DNA from: a virus
Taxonomy: Duplodnaviria; Caudoviricetes
IMG/VR virus record: IMGVR_UViG_3300046167_000872
Coordinates: 1 to 58,724 of that record
DNA: 58,724 nt
Reading direction: 5' to 3' (one strand)
Within the stretch, counting starts at the first letter, position 1. Each line of letters opens with the position of its first letter. The notes under the pieces are model-generated. The model saw nothing but the letters and a program-made list of their open reading frames with translations. It ran no database searches and had not been told where the DNA came from. A program made the position numbers and the translations under genes. Positions 32,527 to 39,727 of this stretch are shown piece after piece.

Positions 32527-33132
32527 TTAGTGAAATATTAATCCTACTTTGTGAGTATTACTAAACCATTTTGTAGCGTACAAATCTACGCTAGAAGCAT
32601 CCACAAACCCAGCAGATAAAAGATCGCTAGAAGTAGAAAAAATTTTGGTATGCCTGTGTTTTCTTTCATTTATTAAATGTTTTTGTTTTCCTGAATCGCT
32701 AAATATAATATCGTAATTATCTGGTAATGAAGTATCTAGCATCATCTTTACCATATTAGTGTAACTGTAAAACCTTACGTTAGGGTTGTGTATAGCAATC
32801 TGAATCCACTTATCTAAATAAGCTTTTGAATAATAATCCCCGCTATCGTGTACCCTAACATAATCAGGTTTTTTCTTAATAACCTCAGCGTTCATAGCTT
32901 CGATAAAATCATCTGTCTTCGTTAACTCATAACGCTTCTCAAACGCCGGTTTCACATTCGACCAAATATAAGCTCCTTTTTTAGCATAACAAAATTTTAC
33001 GCAAGTATCAGCCATAGGGCAGGTTAACTTACCGCTTGCTGACTTATAAGCTGGTATACCGAAGTTGAATACCCTTAAGCCTAGCTCTTTGCTGGTCTTT
33101 TTAAGTTTAGAGTTTTGAGTTAATAAGTTCAT
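32527..33132 (-). CDS. Gp88-like protein (Cys-rich, radical-SAM-like)
   Basis: TCPMA..CVKFCYA, RVHDSGDY and FYSYT motifs. Confidence 0.7.
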   Translation of the reverse strand: MNLLTQNSKLKKTSKELGLRVFNFGIPAYKSASGKLTCPMADTCVKFCYAKKGAYIWSNVKPAFEKRYELTKTDDFIEAMNAEVIKKKPDYVRVHDSGDYYSKAYLDKWIQIAIHNPNVRFYSYTNMVKMMLDTSLPDNYDIIFSDSGKQKHLINERKHRHTKIFSTSSDLLSAGFVDASSVDLYATKWFSNTHKVGLIFH

Positions 33133-33156
33133 AATGTTTGTTTTTTGTACTTTATT

Positions 33157-33190
33157 ATATTATCTTGAATCGCTCGTATTAGCTTTGTAA
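33157..33190 (-). promoter_or_regulatory. Class I element copy 2
   Basis: TTACAAA-GCT-AATACGA-N9-GATAATAT. Confidence 0.8.
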
Positions 33191-33191
33191 A

Positions 33192-33287
33192 TTATTTCCA
33201 ATCTTCAGGCCATAGTTTTTTGGCTACGGCTTTACCTACTTTAGTAACTACTACTACGAATATAATCCATAAAATTGCTGTTCCCAT
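33192..33287 (-). CDS. Small membrane peptide (31 aa)
   Basis: MGTAILWIIFVVVVTKVGKAVAKKLWPEDWK translated by hand. Confidence 0.45.
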   Translation of the reverse strand: MGTAILWIIFVVVVTKVGKAVAKKLWPEDWK

Positions 33288-33289
33288 AA

Positions 33290-33556
33290 TTAATCTAATA
33301 AATCCATGTATGCGTTAATATTATTTTTTTGAAACCAACGTAGTGCTTTGTGGAAGTCGTCGATTTGTTTACTCGTTACTGTTTTAGGGGCCACTTCGAA
33401 AACCCACTGCATTCCCATGATAAAGTCATAAAGTGATAATTCTACGGCGTTAAGTTCAACCTCAACATTTGTAAATTTATTTACCACAGTTTCGCCCTCA
33501 TCATAAACAATACCTTTAAACCATTTAGGTAATTTCTGTATAGTCTTGTTACTCAT
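33290..33556 (-). CDS. Hypothetical early protein
   Basis: 88 aa ORF. Confidence 0.6.
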   Translation of the reverse strand: MSNKTIQKLPKWFKGIVYDEGETVVNKFTNVEVELNAVELSLYDFIMGMQWVFEVAPKTVTSKQIDDFHKALRWFQKNNINAYMDLLD

Positions 33557-33560
33557 AACT

Positions 33561-34070
33561 TTAGCTTAATATATTATTTACTTTATTTATAAATTCAACT
33601 TCACTTTTGACATCTTCATGCTTATACCCTTCATCTTCTAACTCTGTAATAATTTCTTCCTCGAATCTTTCGGATAAGTATGCAAACAACTCTTGGATTG
33701 CGCCATCGATAAAGTCTTGGTAAAGGTCATCTACGTATATTTTTTCCGGGTAATTTTCATCTCCGTTGCCATATCTGATAGCTTCTTGAAGCGCTTCGCT
33801 TAAATCGTAGTCATAATAGTATATGTTTTCATTTACACTTATATTTTTTGTATCGCATGTTGCTACAAAAACTGAATGACCATCAACTGTAGGCTCTTCA
33901 TAAATGTAGAAGACGGCATCTTCACTCCAGTCGTCAATGAGTTCTACGTGAAAGTGGTTTAGTACTGATTCTTTAGCTAAATCGCTGTCAGAAATTTGTT
34001 TATCGCCAAAACCTTTAGCTTCTAAACGCTCATTAATTAATTCGTCGGTAATTATTTTTTTATTTTCCAT
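33561..34070 (-). CDS. Highly acidic early protein
   Basis: 169 aa, very rich in Asp/Glu. Confidence 0.65.
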   Translation of the reverse strand: MENKKIITDELINERLEAKGFGDKQISDSDLAKESVLNHFHVELIDDWSEDAVFYIYEEPTVDGHSVFVATCDTKNISVNENIYYYDYDLSEALQEAIRYGNGDENYPEKIYVDDLYQDFIDGAIQELFAYLSERFEEEIITELEDEGYKHEDVKSEVEFINKVNNILS

Positions 34071-34284
34071 TGTTATTTGATTTTTCGATTAATTCTGCTA
34101 TAAAATTCCAAACTTTAAGCTCCGTTTTGTGGAGGTTAAGCATACTTTCCATTTGATCTACTGTTAATGCACCTAATTCGTTGCGTTTGATTTCGTCTTT
34201 TATTCTATTGACGTCAATGGTATTCATTGTAATTTGCGAAAACGCTTTGTCGCTTGCTCGTTCTAGTAATTCTGTTTTGTTCAT
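34060..34284 (-). CDS. Hypothetical early protein
   Basis: 74 aa ORF. Confidence 0.55.
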   Translation of the reverse strand: MNKTELLERASDKAFSQITMNTIDVNRIKDEIKRNELGALTVDQMESMLNLHKTELKVWNFIAELIEKSNNNGK

Positions 34285-34287
34285 TTC

Positions 34288-34524
34288 TTAATCGTTAAAA
34301 AGATTATCACCATATTTAAGATCCCAGTTAGACGCTTCAAACCAATCCATATTAGCAAAGGTATATATGTCGCGAATAGTGTCTAATGTTAAATCTTTAT
34401 ACAAAACCGTGTCGTCAAGTTTACCGAGAATATAGTTTACTGTAAAAGAATAATCTTTTTTGCTTGCTTCAAGCGCTGTTTTTACTTCAGGCTTTAGTCG
34501 TTGTAGTAAAGTTAATCTGCTCAT
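34288..34524 (-). CDS. Hypothetical early protein
   Basis: 78 aa ORF directly downstream of class I copy 3. Confidence 0.6.
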   Translation of the reverse strand: MSRLTLLQRLKPEVKTALEASKKDYSFTVNYILGKLDDTVLYKDLTLDTIRDIYTFANMDWFEASNWDLKYGDNLFND

Positions 34525-34546
34525 AATGTTTGTTTTTGTTACGTTT

Positions 34547-34580
34547 ATATTATCAAATAAGGTTCGTATTTGTTTTGTAA
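34547..34580 (-). promoter_or_regulatory. Class I element copy 3
   Basis: TTACAAA-ACA-AATACGA-N9-GATAATAT. Confidence 0.8.
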
Positions 34581-34581
34581 A

Positions 34582-34719
34582 TTATTTCGAATCACTTATC
34601 ATTCCGCGTATAGCACTGCGTTTGAAATAATCTAACTCCAGTTGCATTTGTTTAATTTTTTGGTTAAGGTTAAAAACCTCGGCTTCCAGAGCCTTAACCC
34701 TTGCTTCATTATATTCCAT
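34582..34719 (-). CDS. Small coiled-coil protein (45 aa)
   Basis: MEYNEARVKALEAEVFNLNQKIKQMQLEL... translated by hand. Confidence 0.5.
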   Translation of the reverse strand: MEYNEARVKALEAEVFNLNQKIKQMQLELDYFKRSAIRGMISDSK

Positions 34720-34722
34720 AAC

Positions 34723-34989
34723 TTAGGCTTCAACTTTTAAATCACTGTTTATGGTTTCCGCGATCTCAGCGAAGTCTACTTCAGATATGAAAGATCTAGC
34801 GAAGTCTTCGACAAGGTGGCTACCCGTACTCATTTCATATTGACCAAAAACCGCTTGTTCTACAATGTTTTTGATATCTTCTTCAGAGGCAAGGTTGTCA
34901 CTTGTAAACTGGTCAAAGTCAACCGCTTCTAATGCAACTCTCCATGTGTTGTAGTTGCTCCATCCGTTGTGTTTAGATTTGTTTTCCAT
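34723..34989 (-). CDS. Conserved phage early protein
   Basis: NGWSNYNTW...VDFAEIAE pattern. Confidence 0.65.
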   Translation of the reverse strand: MENKSKHNGWSNYNTWRVALEAVDFDQFTSDNLASEEDIKNIVEQAVFGQYEMSTGSHLVEDFARSFISEVDFAEIAETINSDLKVEA

Positions 34990-35331
34990 TACTTTTAGTT
35001 TTAGTTATTACTTAATTATTTTGACGATAAAGTACCTGCTATAGTTTCGTTAAAGATATGTTCACATGCATGGTAAAAATCGTCACCTGATAGTTCTTCA
35101 ATACTTGTTCCTGAAATCGCCCAACCTATAGAGTCTTGTAACGACTCGGTTACTGTCTTCCGCTAATGATTCGGCAATTTCTTGTATTTCTTTAGCTTCT
35201 ACTCATAATAGTTTTTGTTATTTTATTAAATCACTTAGCTTGGTACCTTTTTTGGTCCAGCTTGGTACCAAATTCAACAGATGATCGTACTTGTTTAAGT
35301 GAATAGCTTCATAATATTATTTTTTTTGATT

Positions 35332-35550
35332 TTAGGTTATATCGACATCATAGTGACGCCATAATCCGTTGAAACTGTGTTTCTTTGCTTTTGCACCGTA
35401 ACTAGATTTCATTTTAGTTACAACTTGGGTCCACTCTTTATCCGTTAGTGGTTTACACAATCCGTCGTGTTGGTGCTTGCGACGGTGCGCTTCTGCTTTT
35501 GCTTTTTGTACTTGCTTGAAGTGATGTATAGCATCTTTGATTTCGCTCAT
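35332..35550 (-). CDS. Hypothetical early protein
   Basis: 72 aa ORF. Confidence 0.5.
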   Translation of the reverse strand: MSEIKDAIHHFKQVQKAKAEAHRRKHQHDGLCKPLTDKEWTQVVTKMKSSYGAKAKKHSFNGLWRHYDVDIT

Positions 35551-35552
35551 AA

Positions 35553-35726
35553 CTATCTTATGTAAGTTAAACCTTTGTAATTAAACCATTCTGTAATTCC
35601 GTCTTGTTCTTTGTCTTCGTCGTATATAAACGCGAACTTTTCAGGTAGATCTCCGATTAAGTACGGTTTGTATACTTTACCATTTAGTGAAATCTTTTTA
35701 CTTTTTAGGAACTTGATACTTTGCAT
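35553..35726 (-). CDS. Hypothetical early protein (57 aa, not in ORF track)
   Basis: MQSIKFLKSKKISLNGKVYKPYLIGDLP... directly downstream of class I copy 4. Confidence 0.55.
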   Translation of the reverse strand: MQSIKFLKSKKISLNGKVYKPYLIGDLPEKFAFIYDEDKEQDGITEWFNYKGLTYIR

Positions 35727-35749
35727 AGTTATTTGTTTTAGTTACATTA

Positions 35750-35783
35750 ATATTATCAATCGGTGGTCGTATTTGTTTCGCAA
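35750..35783 (-). promoter_or_regulatory. Class I element copy 4
   Basis: TTGCGAA-ACA-AATACGA-N9-GATAATAT. Confidence 0.78.
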
Positions 35784-35993
35784 TTTTATTTTACTACATT
35801 ATCAATATTAGACCGAGTGATAGGTATACGATTAGTATTAGTACTTCTTTTGGTGTGAACATAGTGTTATAGTATTATTGTTTTTATTAGGTGTATTGTA
35901 AATCCCGCGATACCTAGTAAGGTTATAAATTGCATAGGGTATATGACTAGTATTTTTAGTATTTTTATATAGTGCATTTTCTTTGGGTTTTAG

Positions 35994-36176
35994 TTATCTT
36001 AATCTTTTAGGGTGGTATTCACGATAGAGTGCTAGTACTTCTTCCGTCTTGCCTAGTTCTTCCATCTTATCGATAATCTTTCGGTGGTGATCATTCCCCG
36101 CTCTCCAATAGTTCATATCATCGGAGTATTGGTAGAACCAATCGTGTTGTTTTAATAGTGTTTCTAATTCTTCCAT
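35994..36176 (-). CDS. Hypothetical early protein
   Basis: HDWFYQYSDD motif. Confidence 0.6.
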   Translation of the reverse strand: MEELETLLKQHDWFYQYSDDMNYWRAGNDHHRKIIDKMEELGKTEEVLALYREYHPKRLR

Positions 36177-36466
36177 ATTATTTAAATTTTGCCGCTAATT
36201 CGCGAATTTCACTTTTATCTTGTTGATCTAATCCTTCGGTTTGTGACGCATATTGACGCAGTGTATAGTAAACAAAGGTTGCATCGCTTTCACTTAATTC
36301 AATTACTTTACTCATAGTATTCCGGTTTATTTTAGGTTATTGTACTTTGTTTTATCTTCAATTCCAGCGATTACTGCGAACTCTTCACGTGTTATTTTAC
36401 CTTCTAGTAGTTTTAGGTAATCTACGGTAACATCTCTCCGCGTTTTCTTGTTTAGTTCATAGTATA

Positions 36467-36787
36467 TTATTTTTCGGTTGTTGAAATGATTTCACCTAAG
36501 TGTCTTACATTGGTAGGTAGGTTTGTACTTTGACTCCAATACCCGCGTTTAACCCAATTCGGTAAGATGTTTAGTTTAGGTAACATTACTTTTAATACTT
36601 CATCGTGGTTGTACCGAATAGTTTGCCCTTTGTTATTGGTGAAGGTAATAATTTGATTCCTACCTTGCCAAGATTTCCGCACTACAAAGTTTTTCCGCAC
36701 GATCGGTGGAAACACCGCTTTTAGTTGTTCCGGGGTTAATTCTTTTAACATTTCCTCTTTAGTTTTGATAGTTTCTTTAGTAGACAT
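36467..36787 (-). CDS. Early protein, paralog 1
   Basis: Strong similarity to 37636..37944 (FPPI.RKNFVVRKSW.GRNQIITF..NKGQ...KRGYWSQSTN). Confidence 0.75.
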   Translation of the reverse strand: MSTKETIKTKEEMLKELTPEQLKAVFPPIVRKNFVVRKSWQGRNQIITFTNNKGQTIRYNHDEVLKVMLPKLNILPNWVKRGYWSQSTNLPTNVRHLGEIISTTEK

Positions 36788-36844
36788 AGTAATAAAGTTT
36801 TAATGGTTATTGTTTTATATTTGCTAATTGCTTAATTTTCATAT

Positions 36845-36878
36845 ATATTATCGAATTAACTTCGTATTTGTTTTGTAA
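36845..36878 (-). promoter_or_regulatory. Class I element copy 5
   Basis: TTACAAA-ACA-AATACGA-N9-GATAATAT. Confidence 0.8.
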
Positions 36879-36933
36879 GTTTCAAAGGGTATACTTTATT
36901 TGTTAGATAATTTAGTGTTGGTGGTGTAACTCC

Positions 36934-37125
36934 CTATCTCTCTATATACACTTGAGCTACTAAATCTTCTACAAGGTCTTTTTCTACCTCATTTTCCTTC
37001 AAAGTGCAGTTATTTTCTACAAATTCTTCGATTTCGGAGTATACTTCTTCTTTTGATGCGTAGGAAGACATGAATTTGAAGTGATCTACTGTGTCTTCGT
37101 TAAAGGTGTACTTAAATGTTTTCAT
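36934..37125 (-). CDS. Acidic early protein
   Basis: 63 aa ORF directly downstream of class I copy 6. Confidence 0.6.
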   Translation of the reverse strand: MKTFKYTFNEDTVDHFKFMSSYASKEEVYSEIEEFVENNCTLKENEVEKDLVEDLVAQVYIER

Positions 37126-37149
37126 ATTTTCTTTGTTTTTGTTACATTT

Positions 37150-37183
37150 ATATTATCGAAATACCCTCGTATTCGGTTTGCAA
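37150..37183 (-). promoter_or_regulatory. Class I element copy 6
   Basis: TTGCAAA-CCG-AATACGA-N9-GATAATAT. Confidence 0.8.
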
Positions 37184-37185
37184 AA

Positions 37186-37269
37186 TGCTATACGCGGTGC
37201 TATACACGAAAAAGCGGTAAAATTACTTTTTTTTGAGAAAGTTCAGTATACTTTCGGTGTGCTATACAC
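37186..37269. repeat. TGCTATAC(AC) short direct repeats (3 copies)
   Basis: Copies at 37186, 37198 and 37260. Confidence 0.6.
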
Positions 37270-37363
37270 AATATTGTACGGTGGAGTATACTCTTCCGAT
37301 CTTATTTCAGGATCAGGCCCTTTTTACTTCGCTATATTTGGAAACGGCTAGAGAATTTTAGAG

Positions 37364-37414
37364 AGTGTGACGTTAGCCTGTTATATATATATAATAGCAG
37401 GCTATTGTCGCACT
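37364..37414. repeat. Palindromic element copy B (25 bp spacer)
   Basis: AGTGTGACGTTAG-CCTGTTATATATATATAATAGCAGG-CTATTGTCGCACT. Confidence 0.78.
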
Positions 37415-37635
37415 GTTAAGCTTAAGAAATTCGCTTTGCTACGTGCTTGTCGATCTCTCTTTTTAGCTTCTCCAGATCTCGATCACAGATGTAGTCTATA
37501 AACTCTGGTGGGTCTGTTGACATGTCCTGTATTTCAAGATCGAACGTTTTCCATTGTGATGATAAGTAAGTTGAAATTGTAAAGTCATAATATCTGTTTT
37601 TATATTTAGTTAATCCCCGAGGGGGGAGGAGGAGC

Positions 37636-37944
37636 TTATTCAGCCCCTTCCTCGATTGTTGCTAGGCTTCGTACATTCGCAGGCATATTGGTTGATTGTG
37701 ACCAGTATCCTCGCTTGATCCAGCATGGCATGATGCTTAGCTTAGGTAACATTGCTTTGAGAACCTCATCGTGGTCGTAGGTCATTACTTGTCCTTTATT
37801 GTTTTTGAAGGTGATGATTTGGTTACGACCCATCCATGATTTTCTTACCACGAAGTTCTTACGTTCGATTGGTGGGAAGATTGCTTTCAATTCTTCTTTG
37901 CTTAATTTAGCGATTGCTTGTTGTACTGTTTCTTGCTTGTTCAT
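37636..37944 (-). CDS. Early protein, paralog 2
   Basis: Likely start MNKQETV at 37944; paralog of 36467..36787. Confidence 0.75.
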   Translation of the reverse strand: MNKQETVQQAIAKLSKEELKAIFPPIERKNFVVRKSWMGRNQIITFKNNKGQVMTYDHDEVLKAMLPKLSIMPCWIKRGYWSQSTNMPANVRSLATIEEGAE

Positions 37945-37981
37945 AATATTAAATTTTATAGTTATTAATTTGTTGTTTAGT

Positions 37982-38053
37982 TTATCCCAAGATTGCAATT
38001 AGTAAGTAGATGTGTATTGCTAATCCGATTAGTTTGATTGTATTTGAGTTCAT
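37982..38053 (-). CDS. Hydrophobic micropeptide (23 aa)
   Basis: MNSNTIKLIGLAIHIYLLIAILG directly downstream of class I copy 7. Confidence 0.45.
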   Translation of the reverse strand: MNSNTIKLIGLAIHIYLLIAILG

Positions 38054-38075
38054 AATTGTTATTTTAAATTCACTT

Positions 38076-38109
38076 ATATTATCGTTTGTACTTCGTATTC
38101 ACTTTGTAA
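38076..38109 (-). promoter_or_regulatory. Class I element copy 7
   Basis: TTACAAA-GTG-AATACGA-N9-GATAATAT. Confidence 0.8.
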
Positions 38110-38143
38110 AAATTCCATGATCGATAGACTCGGATGGGTGAGG

Positions 38144-38305
38144 TTACACGAGCTCGCAATAAGGATCAATTGCATCTAGTAGCTCCCCTAAGTATTCGTC
38201 TAGCTGGTCCTGGCTCATTCTGTCCAGCTCTCTTGGATTCGCCCAGTCATGCATTCTTATTAGGCTGATCGTTGCGCTTCGTTCGTTGTGTCTTGTATTC
38301 ATCAT
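38144..38305 (-). CDS. Early protein (53 aa, not in ORF track)
   Basis: MMNTRHNERSATISLIRMHDWANPRELDRMSQDQLDEYLGELLDAIDPYCELV, downstream of copy 8. Confidence 0.55.
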   Translation of the reverse strand: MMNTRHNERSATISLIRMHDWANPRELDRMSQDQLDEYLGELLDAIDPYCELV

Positions 38306-38327
38306 AATCTTTATTCTTTATTCACTT

Positions 38328-38361
38328 ATATTATCGAATATACCTCGTATTTAGTTTGTAA
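38328..38361 (-). promoter_or_regulatory. Class I element copy 8
   Basis: TTACAAA-CTA-AATACGA-N9-GATAATAT. Confidence 0.8.
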
Positions 38362-38484
38362 TTAATTTTCTAAAATATCTTTTATTGAATCATTTGTATA
38401 AGGTAATATTTTGTTTATATAAAAAGTTTCAATTTCATTTTGATTTGGATTTTTACTTAAAAATTCTAATATTAATTTTTTCAT
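38362..38484 (-). CDS. Very AT-rich first early ORF (40 aa)
   Basis: MKKLILEFLSKNPNQNEIETFYINKILPYTNDSIKDILEN between copies 9 and 8. Confidence 0.45.
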   Translation of the reverse strand: MKKLILEFLSKNPNQNEIETFYINKILPYTNDSIKDILEN

Positions 38485-38529
38485 TTTTATTATTTAATTT
38501 GTTATTATTATTAATTTTTTTATTCATTT

Positions 38530-38563
38530 ATATTATCAAATGTACTTCGTATTCCGTTCGTAA
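38530..38563 (-). promoter_or_regulatory. Class I element copy 9
   Basis: TTACGAA-CGG-AATACGA-N9-GATAATAT. Confidence 0.8.
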
Positions 38564-38565
38564 AA

Positions 38566-38595
38566 TGCTGTACATGCTGTACACGTGCTATACAC
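38566..38595. repeat. TGCT(G/A)TACA(C) tandem repeats (3 copies)
   Basis: TGCTGTACA-TGCTGTACAC-GTGCTATACAC. Confidence 0.65.
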
Positions 38596-38898
38596 CCTGC
38601 GGGTTATCACAACCGTCGGTCCGGATGGGTGAGGTCTGTAACGCTACTGCTACGCAAGCAGGATCAGCGCAGAAAACCAGATCCACATCAGGCAAGATCA
38701 AGCAACACTCACGGCAGTACTCCCCGGAAAAGTTCATAATATCCCAGGGAAACCAGGCAAAAGGCCAAAGCATATCCCGAAAACGTACAAAAAAAGGGGG
38801 ACTGGGTGAAAACAAAACGATTTTCCATATCAACCGGTAAGCGTAAAAATAGTATGTAACCCCATAGTTCCATATATCTAACATCAAAAAAAACTACG

Positions 38899-38948
38899 AA
38901 TGCGACATTAGGTAGCTATATTAAATAGTAAGAGGCTATCGTCACACT
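38899..38948. repeat. Palindromic element copy C (24 bp spacer)
   Basis: AATGCGACATTAG-N24-CTATCGTCACACT; its reverse complement shares TAGCCTCTTACTATTTA with copy A. Confidence 0.75.
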
Positions 38949-38959
38949 GGGGGCTAATG

Positions 38960-38987
38960 TAAATTTTAGAACGCGCGCGTAAGTATA
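38960..38987 (+). promoter_or_regulatory. Class II promoter candidate at the head of the plus-strand block
   Basis: TAAAT-N14-GTAAGTATA. Confidence 0.5.
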
Positions 38988-39027
38988 TAAGGTATAATAA
39001 ACAAACTAATAACTAAATATATACAAA

Positions 39028-39405
39028 ATGGCTTACAAACAACAACAAGGGAGAAGCGAGTTCTCCAAAACAGGTAGAGGAATTACAAGCAAACTAGCTG
39101 GGCCAGAAAATCCGCCAAAAGACATAACTACCAACGAAGGAGTTTCTGCTCGAATAAAAAATATAGCAAAGGGCGTTCAAACAGGAAAAGCAACTATTGG
39201 TAGAGCAATGAGTGCGTTGTACAATCTGCAAGGAGCTTCTACAGGAGACAAAATTGATTATAGGCGATACCAAAAAGATTCTACAAATATAGCTAATACA
39301 GAAACAAACCTAATAAGTGGAGGAACGTATAATTATGGAAAAATGGTTCGCGGTCTTTCTGGAAAAGATGCTATAAAAAAATTAAAAAAATACAACGATC
39401 AATAA
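39028..39405 (+). CDS. Hypothetical late protein
   Basis: 125 aa ORF, first of the plus-strand block. Confidence 0.6.
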   Translation: MAYKQQQGRSEFSKTGRGITSKLAGPENPPKDITTNEGVSARIKNIAKGVQTGKATIGRAMSALYNLQGASTGDKIDYRRYQKDSTNIANTETNLISGGTYNYGKMVRGLSGKDAIKKLKKYNDQ

Positions 39406-39414
39406 TAATAATAT

Positions 39415-39684
39415 ATGCCAAAACAAAAGCTATCACCCAAGGCAGCAGCGGCTAAAAAGAAAAGAGATTTAGCTTATGCTAAAACGTCTGAAAGGAAAAA
39501 GAAAAAAGCGCACGCGCAGAGAATGCGCCGTAAAGCGGGGAGTAAAGCTAATGGTAAAGATTGGGATCACAAAGATGGTAAGTTTAAGCCTGTAAAAGCG
39601 AATCGCGGAAACGGCGGAAAGGAACGAAGTGTGAAGGCGGGAAAAAATATAAGTTCAAAGCGTACGCGAAGAAATAAGGATTAG
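39415..39684 (+). CDS. Basic protein with a degenerate HNH-like motif
   Basis: GKDWDHKDG...KANRG; C-terminus possibly affected by an indel near 39618. Confidence 0.5.
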   Translation: MPKQKLSPKAAAAKKKRDLAYAKTSERKKKKAHAQRMRRKAGSKANGKDWDHKDGKFKPVKANRGNGGKERSVKAGKNISSKRTRRNKD

Positions 39685-39727
39685 TACAATTAATATAAAC
39701 ATGTAATAACAATCAACATCAACAGTT

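Noticed and set aside
35010-35210. Apparent pseudogene (MSR.KEIQEIAESLA...)
   Set aside because: Appears to be one small gene broken by several single-base insertions like the other errors; cannot be called a true pseudogene
37422-37588. Small ORF DFTISTYLSSQWKTFDLEIQ... lacking an in-frame ATG
   Set aside because: Probably a real gene with a one-base deletion after ATG, but not supportable as given
32492-38563. Class I repeats as a CRISPR array or integron attC sites
   Set aside because: Spacing is irregular (200-1400 bp), the internal N9 varies, there is no dyad symmetry, and no cas or integrase gene is present
38385-38887. Track ORFs 38385..38840 (+) and 38588..38887 (-)
   Set aside because: Non-ATG or weak starts, odd composition, and they overlap regulatory repeats; likely spurious
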